Counted from the first letter of the whole stretch, positions 12,013 to 26,500 are shown. The stretch: DNA of 63,131 nucleotides, filler included, from Reclinomonas americana ATCC 50394 (GCA_048213135.1; 5 parts of 3 records of this genome joined end to end with filler, not necessarily neighbours in it), one strand, 5' to 3'. Numbers and translations: made by a program. The notes: generated from the sequence alone by a model not told the origin.

Positions 12013-15000
12013 AAATCAAGGAAGAAGTCATTCAGCAGATTCTCGACATGCCCAACCTGGTGTGCCGACGATGTTTTGTGAAGACGGCCAAGATGAACGT
12101 ATGTGACGCACGCCACAATGCCTCCCTGCGACCATGAACTCACCTCTCTTCCGTTGTCGCGTAGATCTTCTACACCAGCATCAAAACCAAGCCCATTGAG
12201 GTCGACATTGACTTTGTCGAGGTGATTCTGGAGGAACCGGACGAGTTGTCGGCCGTGCCGCACATCCTGCCCTTGTTTCGTCACCCCTCCTTTGTTGGCC
12301 TCGTCCGTGCGCAACTTCTCCCCACTTATCTTACGCCTCTCCAGAGAAAACCTGGATGCGAAACGCGGCATTGCGGACAAGGTGCTGGATGGCATGACGG
12401 TGCGCATTGGTGAGATCCGCCTGCGCATCGCCACACTCGGCGATTACCACCAGACGGGCGAGCGACCGTGGCAGCTGGTCATGTCGCTCTTCAACGTCTC
12501 CGTCGTGTGCACCAACGCACAGTGGCAAGTGGGCAATCTGCAGACGAATCGCCGGCCCTACAAGAAGAAGCCGGATGTGCTCGTGCACAAGGTGGTGACA
12601 TGCCCGTCCACGGATTTGTGGATGGTCGGCCACCGTGGAGAGTTGTACCCGATCATTGAGGGCATGCCGTTTACCATGCGAGTTGCGTTGAGAGAGAGGG
12701 AGAGAGAATGCGCACAAGTGTGGTAGTTTTGTCACTTCTTCATCGCTCTTCTGATTGGCGTGTTGCCTCTGTCTTCTTCCCTTGGACGTGTCCGTGTATT
12801 GTGTGATACATCCCCGTACAACTCGTCATTCCTGAGCTGGCAATTCCCTCCCTCTTTGACTTTTCCCATCTCTCGCCTTCCTCCTGTATCTAAGCCTTCC
12901 TTTCCCTACCACAGATGGTCTCCAAAGTCCGCGTGCGTGGCTCCGTCCTGATGTACAGTGCCAAGGACCTCTACATCAACGACCTGCGCTTGACGCTGGA
13001 TCGCACGCACTACATGGCGCTGGTCAACGTGTTTGCCGGCATTGGTAAGGCCATGTCGCGCTCGCTGAAAGAGGATGTGGAGGTGTCGCTGCGCGCCGAG
13101 CAAATGGAGAAAGAGTCGGCGGAGAAGCGGCAAAAGGGCAAGCAAAACGTGCGCATTGCGGAGGGCGTCGGCATGCGTCCGACGTTGTGGAAGCGCTTCA
13201 AGACCGTCTTCCATGAGACCAAGACGCGGCAGGTGAGCTGAAGAGAGAGGGAGAAAAAGGCTGGGTGCATGACCGTGAAATTCTCATCCGTTCTCTCTTC
13301 CTCGCCGATGCAGCGCCGCATGGAGGAGGAGCTGGAGCGCGCACAAGCTGAGCATGACTCACGCACGGCGGCCACGCTGGCCAAGCGCACCGATTTGCGC
13401 ACTCCATCCTCATCGTCCAGCTCCCGTTCGAGTCTCGACAGTGAGTTGGACGACGATGATGACGATGGCGGCACCGAGTATCACGTCGACGAGATCCCCG
13501 CGGTGGAGGGCTTCGACAAGTCCGCCGACATTACCGACATTGGCACCGATGGCAGCAAGCTCACCATGAATGGTTTCGCGCTGCATCTGGGAACGGTGGA
13601 GTTGACACTGGTCGACGAGAACGTGAAGCAGGACGCGCTGTCGGCGATGCTCACCGGCATTCACTTTATCACGCGCGCCTCTGCCGCCAAGAGCATGGTG
13701 GCGCTGGTGCAGGAGTTGGTGCCGGAGAGATTCGGCGCGCAGAGTATTATGGAGGTGAGGTGGTGGGGACAGGAGGGGGATGGAGGGGCAGAGAGGAGAG
13801 GAAGGGAGAGGGAGAGAGAGAGATGGTGAGAGGGAGAGAGGGAGAGGGACAGAGAATGAAGGGGAGAAAGATGAGAAGAGAGCAAACAGAGAGAGAGAGA
13901 GAAAGGACTTTGTGCATTGGCACACTTTCATTGCATGGTGAGATGCACTCAACGTGGGGGAAAGCGATTCGCCTTCTGTCGTTTCTCTCGCATTGATGCA
14001 ATCTTCAGTCGGTGTGCAAACTTTGAGCTTGCACCAGCGTCCTGTCTCAATCAGGTCACGATCTACCCCGAAAGAGAAGTATCCGAGCACACAGCGACAT
14101 ATCACGCACTCACACAACAGATATCACATTGTACTCATGCTTGGTGTCTCTCTCAGTCGCTCTCCGCTCTTGTATTCTCTCTGGCTCTTGCACTTTCTCT
14201 CCTCTCCCTCTTCCCACTGACAGCTTCTTCCTCTTCGCCTCAATCACCTCCCCCTTCCCCCACTCCCTCCCCCCTCCACGCAGCTCCGCATCGCCAACGT
14301 CCTCGTCACCGACATGCGCACCGAGTGCCCCGAAGCACTCCGCACCGTCCTCCACTCCATCAACGTGCCTGTCAATGACGGCACCGATGATTCGTCGATG
14401 GTGGACACGGAGCATCCTCTCGACTGGGTGCGACTACGCAAAAACAGCTTCGTGCCGTGGAAGAGGGCCTCAGACTCCGCGCCGCAAACAAAGCAACAGG
14501 CGCGTGACGAGAGATTATGGGCGACGCTGGAGGCCAAGTTGGTGAGTTTGAAGTGCGGGCGGCGGTTGCGAGTGACATTGCAATCTTTCTCTTTCACTCG
14601 CTGACGTGCCTTGTCTGTCGAATGTTGTGTTTCTCATGACTGTCTTTGCATGTGTTTGTGCATGTCCCTGTCCCTCTCTCTGTCCTCCCCCTCTTTCTTT
14701 CCGTCTCTCTGTTTGCATGCCCACGCTCTTTGCCTTTCCCTCATGCCTCCATTTCCGTTCTATCGCGCTCTCTTTTCCGTTTCCCCGTCTCTCTTGTTCT
14801 CTCTCCTCCTCCTCCTCCTCTGTCCCTCCCATATCTTCCCATGTTCCCTCGTTTGCCCGCTTCTTTGTCCCATTGTTTTCTCTTTCTTTCTCGTCCTCTG
14901 TCCCTGTATTTTCCTTCTCCTCATCCCTCTCCCATTCCCTTTTCCCTCGCAGGCCCCGCTCGAGCTCGTCGTCAACCTCGACGCCGTCAAACTCCTCGTC

Positions 15001-18000
15001 AGTTTCTTCGCCTCACCCCCCGGCAATCCGTCGTCGCAAGAGTCGGCCGAGGCCACTGGCGAGCAGCGCGAGGGCGTCAATGGCGGCCTGGACAAGATTT
15101 TCTCGTGCGTCCACCCCCCTGGCATATCGCCTTTTTTCTTTTATTATTGCTGACACTCCCCCCACACAGTGCACTCGTAAACGAGGAGCTGCATGTGCAT
15201 TTGGATGCGCGCGGCTTCCTGATCCGCGTTCCCATGGTGGTGCCGCGAAACAGCTCGTCGTCGACGCCAACATCGGCTGCCGCCGGCAGCTCGCTGACCG
15301 TCGCCACCCCCGGCGCACCCACCACTGCCGCAGCGTCGCCGTCGAGTCCTTCGGTTGGCCGCCGAGAAGTGTGGACGCATGTGCATTTCGGGCGCTTCTT
15401 TGTGGCCAGCGATTACGACATGTTCTCGGCCGATCCGCTCAGTCCCGAACTGTTTCCGCACCTCACCAAGACCGACGCACCCGGCGGCTACGATGATTTC
15501 CTGTGTCGTAACGCCGTGGCGCGTGCGTCGTTGTCGCACCGCGCCGTGGTGATTCTGCGCGAGACCTACATTGACATTATCACCACGGAGAAGCGCTCGC
15601 GCGGTGGTATCAATGGCATTGGTGTGACGGTGGACACCAAGGAGTCGAGGTACTCGGTGCTGGAGCCGTTTTCGTTAAAGGTCGAGGCGCAGCTGCGTGA
15701 TTTGTCTGAGCTGGACCCGCTGATTGTGCCTGGGTTGGAGGCCATGGTTCGTTTCTGTCGCACTTTGTCTCCCTTCCTTGAGAATCTTCCCCTCATCTCT
15801 CTCTCTCTCTCCGCGCAGATCCACTGCTCGCAACTGCGTATCCACCTCATGAAAGAGGACTGCTCCATGTTCCTGCAAACCGTCAGCCACGCGCTGCACG
15901 AAATCGACCGTGTGATGACCCGCTACACACCCGACAGTCTTCCCGGCTCGTTGGCCACGTTGCGTCTTGTTTTTCGAGAGAGATATATATGTAGTTGCTG
16001 ACCTCACTCCTTCTCCTCACTCGACAGACCTGGTGTGAGTGGCTCGGGCACCGGCTACGTGGACTCGCCATCGCATCAAGAATCGCTCGGCTCCTTCCGC
16101 GACATGGACACCGAAGATCCCATGCTCATGTCGGTGGCCGAGCAAGGCCTCCAGATGACGGCGTGCGTTTCATTAGCGCTCAGCGACTTCCTCGTGCTGA
16201 TGGGTCGCAAGAAGGAGATTGCGTATCGCTTGCAAGTGCGCAACTTGGAAGCCAGTTTTGAGGTTTGTACCGGCGATGGGACTTTGTTTTTCTGTCGGTA
16301 TCATCATTTGACTGCTTGGCGTCGTCCAACAGCACCACGCCAACAAGGTGGTCGGCAAGGTGCATTTGGGATCGTTCTCGGCCAGCGACGTTCGTGAGCC
16401 GGTCGACTCAGTGCACGCGCTGCTGGTGTCGCACTCTACCACTGGTCAGTGTTCTTCGTTTCTGATATGTCGTTTGCATGTCGTCTTTCGACTCATTGAT
16501 GTCCTTTGCCCAAAGACCCGAATGTCCCCCTGCTGCAAATCCGCGCCGTCATTCCCAAGGCGGTGGATGCCGACGGTGGCATTGGTCAGCTCGATGGTGT
16601 GTGATGATGTTTTTGAATCACTGATTCCATACCCACCCATTTTTCCTCTCGCAGAGGCCGGAGAGCTGCGTGTTCGTCTCTCGTCGCTCCGCTTCGCATT
16701 GGTGGCGCGCAAGTTTGCGGAAATCCGAGTGCTGGCCATGGATGCGTGAGTACCAATGTGGAATGAGAGAAGAGGCTGTTTTCTGTCACCTCATTCTCCG
16801 CCCGATTGCTCTCGACTGTTCGTCTCCTTTTCGCTCCATGGCTCTCTTTTTCCTCTCACTTGTCCCCTCTCCTTCCACTTTCGTCTCACTCTCCCNNNNN
16901 NNNNNNNNNNNNNNNNNNNNNNNNNNNNNNNNNNNNNNNNNNNNNNNNNNNNNNNNNNNNNNNNNNNNNNNNNNNNNNNNNNNNNNNNNNNNNNNNNNNN
17001 NNNNNNNNNNNNNNNNNNNNNNNNNNNNNNNNNNNNNNNNNNNNNNNNNNNNNNNNNNNNNNNNNNNNNNNNNNNNNNNNNNNNNNNNNNNNNNNNNNNN
17101 NNNNNNNNNNNNNNNNNNNNNNNNNNNNNNNNNNNNNNNNNNNNNNNNNNNNNNNNNNNNNNNNNNNNNNNNNNNNNNNNNNNNNNNNNNNNNNNNNNNN
17201 NNNNNNNNNNNNNNNNNNNNNNNNNNNNNNNNNNNNNNNNNNNNNNNNNNNNNNNNNNNNNNNNNNNNNNNNNNNNNNNNNNNNNNNNNNNNNNNNNNNN
17301 NNNNNNNNNNNNNNNNNNNNNNNNNNNNNNNNNNNNNNNNNNNNNNNNNNNNNNNNNNNNNNNNNNNNNNNNNNNNNNNNNNNNNNNNNNNNNNNNNNNN
17401 NNNNNNNNNNNNNNNNNNNNNNNNNNNNNNNNNNNNNNNNNNNNNNNNNNNNNNNNNNNNNNNNNNNNNNNNNNNNNNNNNNNNNNNNNNNNNNNNNNNN
17501 NNNNNNNNNNNNNNNNNNNNNNNNNNNNNNNNNTTCTCCCTCTTATTTATCCAGCTTGGATGGCTGGAAGAAGCCGCCGCCGCCAACCGCCCGCCGCAGT
17601 GGCCTGCACCAGCGGAGATCGTCAAACCAGGATTTCGGCGAGTTGACGTCGACGGGCGAATCCGAGCTGACCATGGGCTCCGGCTCTGGCCACTCTCTCT
17701 CCCAAGCTCGCTCGGCGGCCTCGGTGGCTGAGAGCCTGACGCGCGGCTCGTCGGCGCCAAAGTCCGGCGCCTCGCTGTTCCCGCTCAGCAGTGTCAACGT
17801 GGACATTGTGGCGCGCGAGACCGAGGTGGTGATCCTGAGCAAGGTCGGCACGCGCAACTCCATTCCCATTACTGTGGGTGCCGTCAAGTTTTGGCGCGAG
17901 GTCGACATTTTCAACAAGCAGACCATCAACATTTACGCGCAAGATGTGGCCGTCACCACCGCGCTGTGGGAGCATGATCAGTTCGTGGCGCAGTACCTGG

Positions 18001-21000
18001 TCAAGCCGTTCAACATCGACTCCACCGTGCATCTCTTGCCGGACTCGCCGTCGGGGGCGCCTGGCAAGATGGAGGTCACCGTGCACTTGCCACGACTGTC
18101 TGTCAGCTTGAGTCGCCGCCAGTACCTCTTTGCGTTGGCCTTTATCGACAGTCAGTTGGACGACTTGCGGGACATTCTCGTGTCGTTTGGCAAGAAGCTG
18201 GTGGCGTCGCCCGGCGCCAGCGTGAATGCAGCTGCTGCAGCAGCTGCNNNNNNNNNNNNNNNNNNNNNNNNNNNNNNNNNNNNNNNNNNNNNNNNNNNNN
18301 NNNNNNNNNNNNNNNNNNNNNNNNNNNNNNNNNNNNNNNNNNNNNNNNNNNNNNNNNNNNNNNNNNNNNNNNNNNNNNNNNNNNNNNNNNNNNNNNNNNN
18401 NNNNNNNNNNNNNNNNNNNNNNNNNNNNNNNNNNNNNNNNNNNNNNNNNNNNNNNNNNNNNNNNNNNNNNNNNNNNNNNNNNNNNNNNNNNNNNNNNNNN
18501 NNNNNNNNNNNNNNNNNNNNNNNNNNNNNNNNNNNNNNNNNNNNNNNNNNNNNNNNNNNNNNNNNNNNNNNNNNNNNNGGCCGCCGCCGCTGCCGCCGCC
18601 TCTGGCACAGGTGGCCTGCCCACCAGCTCCAGTTTCCACACTGAATTTGACGCCGCCGATGTGCCCGCCGCGCCTGCCGCCGCGGGCGGTAGGGCACGCA
18701 AGCATCATCGAGAAGGAGATGCGCAGAAGGGCGGTGCGCGGCTGTCGGTCTCGTCGATGGATTCCGACAAGTTGGACTCGCTAGTGGAGGACGCGCTGGC
18801 GTGCAGCGTCAATCCCGACGAGGATGTCGAGTACATCCGACAGGCCTACATGGTGTACCGCAACTCTCGCACACCCGGACAGGGTCCGCATCAGGAGAAG
18901 CTGCCGCCTGCCAAGGTGCGGTGTGAGAGACGAGTGCCGTGCACTCGCCTTTTCTCTCGCCCCTTTTCTCATGCGTGCGTGCACTGCAGATTCCCACACG
19001 CGACAAGTGCTTCGTGTCGCTCGACGTCAAGGTCGACCGCATCAAGGTGTCACTGGTCGACGATGTGTATCAGCCGCTGGCCAACGTGATCATTCTCGAA
19101 AAGATGATCAGTCTGCATCTGCGCGACATTTCGTTCTCGTTCCTCGATTTCCACGTCATTCAGAATGTGTCGGCACGCATCAAGTGCTTCTTCATCGACG
19201 ACCACCGTGAGCAATCGCGTCGTGTACGCTTCCGCACGCTGGCCACGGTCAAGAGACCAAGCACAGTGGGTGCGTGTATTGTGTGGGCGTTGTTGTTTGT
19301 TTGCGCCAACTTGAGACTCATTGGTTGCTTGCTCCTGCTCCAGAGCCGCCGCCACCCACTGCGAGCGCAGCGGCTGCAGATCGGCCACGCAAGTGGCACC
19401 GCAAGCGCACGCCGACTGTCTCACGCGTGTCGAGTCTTCGTATGAACCTCAGCAGTTGCGTCGACATCCCCATCTTGTTTTGTTGGTCTCCCACTCACTC
19501 ACTCTGCCCCTACAAAAAAAACAGAGACTCAAGAGGTGCTACCGGCCACCTACAGCACCGAGTACGACGACGCATCGTCACCGACCGGATCGGGAAGTGC
19601 AAGTGGTGTGAGTTCCCACGTGTCTGCCGCTGCCGCAGCTGCCACGGCCGCCGCCGGAGGCGATGGTGCCACCGGTACAGGCCCGGGGGGTCGTCGCAAA
19701 CGCGGCTCCAGCTTCGCCATGCGGTCGATGCGCGCGGAGCGCGAGATTCAGCACCACGACGTCAACTTTATCATCCTCAATTTTTACATGCTGGATCACG
19801 GGCTCATGGATGAGCTGTTGGAGGCGGTGCATGAGCAGCGTGCCAAATCGCCCACACCCGTGTGGGAGCGCTTGCAGCAGACGGCGAGCTTCCGTTTGCG
19901 TGCCTCCGCGTCGGCTCCACAACTGCGACCAACCGGTCGCGGAGCTAGTGCCTCAGCCGCCGCCTCTGGTGCTTCTGGCGCCGGAGCCGAGTTGGACATG
20001 GAAGGCGGCGGTGGCGGTGACGAGGATTCGGATGTGTTGTCGGATTCGTGGGTTGCGTGCCTCTGGTTGTTGTGAGATACACGCACCCGCTTGCAACTAC
20101 GCACTCACACGTGATGGACGTGTGTGTGTGTGCAGACGCAGAAAATCTCTCGCTTCTCGCTCAAGGTGGCTCCGATGTACCTCGTCTACAGCCCCGAGGT
20201 CATCGAGGAGNNNNNNNNNNNNNNNNNNNNACGGCCAAGTTCTTCATCATTCCTGTGGAGCAGCGTGAGGTTGCGCAGACCTTGCACGTGTGCGTGCACT
20301 CTTCTTTTGCAACCTCCCTTCCTGATGTTTCGCACACAGGTGCTGTTGGGCAAGTTCATGGCACTCAAGGACGAACTGCAAAAGTTGCTGACGGAGAAGA
20401 TTGTTGGCAACGTCAACGACATTGAGGATCCGCTGTTGCCTGCTGGTGACGAGGAACTTGGCGCTGTGGAGGAGGCCAGCTCACTCTCGTCGGCTGGCGA
20501 ACGACCGCCGGGTTTGAGTCCGATCACGATTACCGTGGATGTGGCTGAGTTGCGTTGTTTGTGAAGTGTCCCTGTTGTCTCTCTCTCACACACCTCCTCT
20601 CACTTTGTACCTCTCTCGCAGAACCACCATCTTGCTCCCCGATCGCGTCACCGANNNNNNNNNNNNNNNNNNNNNNNNNNNNNNNNNNNNNNNNNNNNNN
20701 NNNNNNNNNNNNNNNNNNNNNNNNNNNNNNNNNNNNNNNNNNNNNNNNNNNNNNNNNNNNNNNNNNNNNNNNNNNNNNNNNNNNNNNNNNNNNNNNNNNN
20801 NNNNNNNNNNNNNNNNNNNNNNNNNNNNNNNNNNNNNNNNNNNNNNNNNNNNNNNNNNNNNNNNNNNNNNNNNNNNNNNNNNNNNNNNNNNNNNNNNNNN
20901 NNNNNNNNNNNNNNNNNNNNNNNNNNNNNNNNNNNNNNNNNNNNNNNNNNNNNNNNNNNNNNNNNNNNNNNNNNNNNNNNNNNNNNNNNNNNNNNNNNNN

Positions 21001-22130
21001 NNNNNNNNNNNNNNNNNNNNNNNNNNNNNNNNNNNNNNNNNNNNNNNNNNNNNNNNNNNNNNNNNNNNNNNNNNNNNNNNNNNNNNNNNNNNNNNNNNNN
21101 NNNNNNNNNNNNNNNNNNNNNNNNNNNNNNNNNNNNNNNNNNNNNNNNNNNNTGACCTGACGTTCCTCATGGAGCTCAACATCGGGCGCATCTTCTTCTC
21201 CAACGAGAACACGAGCGCCTACGACCCCTTCATCAAGCGTTCCGATTTGGAGGTGTGCGGTGTGGAGTTCTCGCTCGAGACCATTGACTCGTCGTCCGAG
21301 GCCATTCGCGAGACCATCGAAGTGGTGCAGCCGGTGAATGTGAAAGTGTGGGCCGTGGCGAAGCCGGCCTCGGTCCTCGGCTACCCGCACTTGCACGTCA
21401 GTGCCGACATTGACCGCATCCGAGGTACCTGGGTTGTGTTGGAAGTTCCGCTTTCTCTCGCTAGTCGCCTCTTCTCACTTTGCCATTCGACAAGGTGTGC
21501 TCTCCATTCAAGTCTACGAGCGCCTCACCCACTCGATCGGCGGCTACATCGACGCGCTGTCGATGGACCAGTCGAAGGCGCCGCAGGAGAAGAAGTCAAA
21601 GAGCGAAATGTCACTCGATGTGATGGTGCACTTTATCGACTTTTCTCTGTGGAGCGATTACGTGGCCGAGCTGGCGCTGTTCTACCTGCACACCAAAAAC
21701 ACGCATGCGTTTGCCAGTATTGGACCATGTTGCGTGGACGAGAAGCGAGAGAGACGAGAGAGAGAGAGAAGCATGCAAGAGTATGCAAGACAGTGGCAAG
21801 AGGCTGCGAGGTGCTCAGAAGAGGAGAGAGAGACTGTTGCGTGGACAAGAAGCGAGAGTGACGAGGGAGAGAGAGAAGAGTATGCGTGTGCTTCCCCCCC
21901 CTTTTCGTCACTCTCTCACTCCCACACTCTTCTCCCCCCGTTGCGCAGCCGGCATCAGCATCTCGGTGGACTCGAGCCTGGAGGTGCTGCTCAACAACCT
22001 CAACTTCAACATCCCGGAGCCGTTTATCGAGTCCTTCAATGTGGCGTTGGAGGTGAAGAAGATTTCGGCCGCCGATCGCTCTCATCGCGCGCACGGTATC
22101 GTCATCACGGACACGGAGTCGGAGAGTCTA
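12013..22130 (+). CDS. Bridge-like lipid transfer protein, UHRF1BP1/BLTP3 (chorein-N, VPS13-superfamily)-like; partial at both ends
   Basis: N-terminal exons give EEVIQQILDMPNL..IFYTSIKTKPIEVDIDFVEV..GIADKVLDGMTVRIGEIRLRI..SLFNVSVVCTNAQWQVGNL..VLVHKVVT, which matches the remembered UHRF1BP1L N-terminus. Long beta-rich segments follow across more than 20 GT-AG introns. Confidence 0.75.
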
Positions 22131-22174
22131 NNNNNNNNNNNNNNNNNNNNNNNNNNNNNNNNNNNNNNNNNNNN

Positions 22175-22186
22175 TTAATTAATTAA
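22175..22186. other. Artificial scaffold linker TTAATTAATTAA
   Basis: 12-mer between N runs. Confidence 0.95.
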
Positions 22187-22230
22187 NNNNNNNNNNNNNN
22201 NNNNNNNNNNNNNNNNNNNNNNNNNNNNNN

Positions 22231-23495
22231 GATGCGTGCGCTGCAGGCGAGTGTCGAGCGAATTGGCCCGTTCCTCCAGCGCCGCGCGCTCGTCACGCAG
22301 ACGGTCACGGTCGCGAGTGACGGCCGCCAACTCGCTCTGCAACTGGATCGTCGATGAGGTGAGGTCGGCCAGGCGGTCGTGGATTGCCTTGTTGCCTTCG
22401 GCGGAGCCCGAGGCCAGGAGCTGCGTGAGAGGGAAAGGGGTGAGAAGAGGGAAAGGGGAAAGGGGAAGGGAGGGGAAGGGAAGGAGAGGGAAAGGGGGAA
22501 GGGAGGAGAGGGGCAAGGGCACCGAGCGCTGACGAGGGCCAGGAGAAGAGCAGGCGGAGAATGAAGAAGGAGAGTGGTGGGCACAAGCGGAGAGTGGTGA
22601 CAAACAGGAAAACTTGCAGAGTTGACGGAGGCGGCAGACGACTAACGCAGGAGAGTGGAAGCAAGAGAAGAGTGCAGAGATGACAAAGGGGAGGAGGGAG
22701 TGACGAACTGTTTGATGCGCTGAGTTGGCGGAAGCGGCAGAGAAAAATGAGGCAGGAGAGTGCACAGACGTCAGGGTGGGATGGCTGACAACACAGATCT
22801 CTCTTTTCTCTCACACACTCCACACAACAAACGACAGCATCGTCACACACGCACTGCTCTTTCTTTCAATCTCACTCTCTGTGCCCTTCTCTCTTCGTAT
22901 CCTCACCTTGAGCGACGCATTCTCCTTGGTCAACCGCATAATCTGCTCCCGCAGCGTCAACATACTCGTATTCGCCGACAGCTCCGTGTCACTCAGCCGC
23001 CGATGCAGCGACTCGTTCTCCGTGAGAATCTCCGCCAGCTTCTCCTGCAACGCCGCAATGCCATGCGACGGCGACCGCGACCGCGTCACCATTGTCGACG
23101 ACGCCGGCGATGGCGACCGCTGCACCATCGACGGCAACACCTCCACATTCTCCTCGCCACCAGCCCCCATCGTCGTCGGCGCAATCACCTGCACCGTCGG
23201 CGTCACCGGCGACGCCAAATACCGAGGCTGCGGCTACACAATACAAACAGAATTAACTCCAAAAAATGCCGCAATCACCATGTCCGCCACGCTTACAACG
23301 TACCGAAAGCGAACGTGATTGCTGCTGCTGCTGGCCGGGGCTCACTGGGCGCGCGGGACTGGAGCCGACATGCTGCATCAACTCCCACGAACCCGCGCCC
23401 CCACCAGACGCATCCAACAACGACGACGACGTGGCCGAGGTATCGCGTGCGCGTGGAGTGATGCGCTCCAGTGGCTGCGAGTACTCGTCAAACGG
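22231..23495 (-). CDS. Coiled-coil exons, probably the mis-oriented 5' part of the adjacent MAP65-like gene
   Basis: Three minus-strand exons (PFDEYSQPLE..SRSLS / PQPRYLASPVTP..LTKENASLK / LLASGSAEGNKAIHDRL..LDTRLQRTH) are open at both contig ends. Confidence 0.6.
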
Positions 23496-23515
23496 NNNNN
23501 NNNNNNNNNNNNNNN

Positions 23516-26500
23516 AGGACATGCTGAGTCGCGCCAGCGAATCGTCGGATTTGGAACGGCTGCGACTGGAGAAGGCGCAGCTGGAGGACAAGGCGGCGTC
23601 GTTGGAGTTGAAGGTCAACCAGTTGTCGCAGCAGGTGCAGTCGGTGGCCAACAACCTGGCCGGTGTGTCGCGCGAGCGCGACGCGCTGCAGGAGAGCAAC
23701 CGACAGCTGCGCGACGACGTGGACAAGATGCGCGAGTCGTGCACCAAGGAGAGCAACCGGCTGCAGGACGAGTGGGAGCGCCTGAAGCACTTTGAGAAGG
23801 ACAGCCAGCAGCGAGTGGTGGAGGATCGCGAGTCGTTTGAGCGCGAGATTATCAAGCGTGCCGAGGAGATGGTGGAGGAGTACAAGCAGGTGGCGGCCAA
23901 TGCCACCGCCAAGGCTTCGCAAGAGGTGCGCAATGCGCAGGCACGCGAGCTGCAGGCGNNNNNNNNNNNNNNNNNNNNTTTCAGAATGCGGAGACGGCGC
24001 GCGCGGACATGGAGCGGCGAGTTCGTGCCGAGGTCGAGCAGGCGTCGGCGGTGGAGCGCAGCATGCTGCAGAAGCGTGTGGCCAGCTTGCAGCAGGAGAT
24101 TGAGGCGCTGCGCAAGACGGATCGTGACGGAAAGGAGCGCTTTGCGCAGGAGAATCGCGACGTGCGCGACGAGGTTTGTACGATTGACATGTGCTTTACT
24201 TTGATTTACAAAAATATCCTCACCTCCTCCTTTTCGCCAGTCGTCGCGTCGCCTGCAGGAGCAATCGGCCATGTTCATGGAGCAAGTTGCGGCGCTGAAT
24301 GCCGAACTCAATCAGGCTCGCGACGAGAACAAGCGACTGGAGTTGGAGCACATGCGCCGCCTCGATCAGATGCGCAAGGAGGTGGAGGACCACGGTGACC
24401 AGAAGGCGTCCAGCATCGCCGGCGAGTACAAGGCGCTGGCCGACGAGACGCTGGCCGAGTGCAACCGTCTGAAGGAGTCGCTGCGTGTGCGTGAGAACGA
24501 GCATCAGCGCCTGCTGGAGGACGTGAAGCGCGACGCCAATGCCAAGTGGTCTGACAAGCTGGCGCGCTCCGAGTCGGACTTCCGCGAGAAGCTCCGTGTG
24601 GCGCAAGTGGCGTTGGAGGAGCAGCGGTCGGCGGCTCACGAGCGCGAAGTCCAGTTCCTCTCGCAGTTGGAGGACGCACGCTCCGAGGTCGAGGCCGAGA
24701 GTGTGCGCAAGGCGCGCGAAATGATCGAGCACTACAAGCAGTTGCACGCCGAGGCCGACCGCGCATTGGCAGCGGTGAGTTTAATCATGGCGCATTCATC
24801 TCCTCCTTCCTCCCTGGTTTATTCACTCCTCACTCGTGCAGGAACGCGAAAAGCTGCGCCAGCAAGAAGTCATGCGCGTGCAGGAGGCCGACGAGGCACG
24901 CCTGCGCTACGAGCAGGAACTGAAGGTGCAGACGGAGAAGGCGATTGGCGAGTACCGCTCGGCCGCCTCGACAGCGCGCCAGGAGGCTGCGCAACTGCGC
25001 GAGGAGCTCAACAAGCGCACTGTGGCGAACGCCAAGGCACTGGAGGAGGCACGCCTGCGTATGCAGCAAGAGGCCACGGCCAAGGTGGAGAGCGTAATTC
25101 GCGAGTTCGAGGAGCTGTCGCACAAGAACACGGAGAACGTGTCGCGCGAGCACAGCGACTTGATGCGCAAGGTGGAGGAGCAAAAGGCGACGCTGGAGCG
25201 CCGTTTGCGCGTGGAGCACGCCGCAGTGATTGAGGTGTGGTTGGGCGAGATCGTTTGTGGAGACATTGGTATTCCGGTGCTGAACTTGTGCTCGCAGGAA
25301 ATGACGCAACGACTAATGGCCGCCGAGGAGAAGCTGGCGCACGAGCGCGAGGGTTCGGTGCAACGCGAGAAGGCCATGCTGGAGCGCATGGAGGCGGAGC
25401 GGAACTCTCGCATTGACGAGTACCGACAGCGGTTGGAGGAGGTGACGCAGCAGCACCGCAAGGATGTGGAGCTGATGTTGAGCCGGCTGGAGAGCATTGA
25501 GCGAGGTTTGGTTGGGGGGGAAACGCACGCGGCAATCGTGGAATGCGTCTCTCATTATTGTGGCACACACACGCAGATGGCTTTGCTCAGTCGGCTTCCA
25601 GCCGCCTGGAATTCGAGCGCGCAGTGATGCTGAAGGCCGAGGAGTTGGTGGCGCATCACCGCCACGTATCCGACGCCGCCGTGCGTGACGTGGAGAAGGC
25701 CAAGGCCGCCAATGCTGCCGCGGAGTTGGTGAGTGTTTGTGTGTCTTGGTCCCTTTTGTATCATTTTCTTGTACTCTTCACTGCCTTTTATTGTCCTTGT
25801 GCTCCCTCTTTTTCTTTTCCTTCTTCTCGCGGCCATTTTCCCATGTTCATTTCCTTCTCACTGTCTCTTTCTCTCCCTCCTTCCCTTTATCGCCCTCTTC
25901 CCTCTCCCTCTCCCCCTCCCTCTGCCTTGCCACTCTCTCATTTTCCCTCTCTCTCTCCCTCTCCCTCTCCTCTCTCCCCTTCCCTCTCCCCCTCTCCCCT
26001 CATTCGCCTTGCCCCCACAGGACGGCAAGCAACGCCTGCTGGAGGCCGTGTCGCGCGCCAAGGAGGAGTGCAACCGCCTGCTGGAGCTCAAGATCATGGA
26101 GCGCGACCGTCGCGAGGCCGACCTGCGTGACCAGATCCGCCAGCTGCATGAGCAAAAGGCAGTGGAGGTTGCGTGCATATTCTGTTGTGGTTGTGTGTTC
26201 TCCTCCGTGAGACAATTGTCGCTCATGTGTACCGTTGATCATCCGCAGATGGCCGCACTCACCGAGGAGCACACGCGCGAGGCGTCTGAGTTTGAGCGCA
26301 AGGTGTTTGATCGCAGTGCGCTGCTCATTGAGCAGTACCAGGCGTCGACGCGCAAGGCCAACCAGATGCTGGAGGAGGAGCGACTGGCGTGGGCGGAGCG
26401 TGAGCGTGCTCTTCTGTCCCAGATCGAGGCTATGCGTGTGGACATTTCCGCGCAGGCCGACGAAAAGTCACGACAGACGGTCGACTTTTACGCCAAGCAA

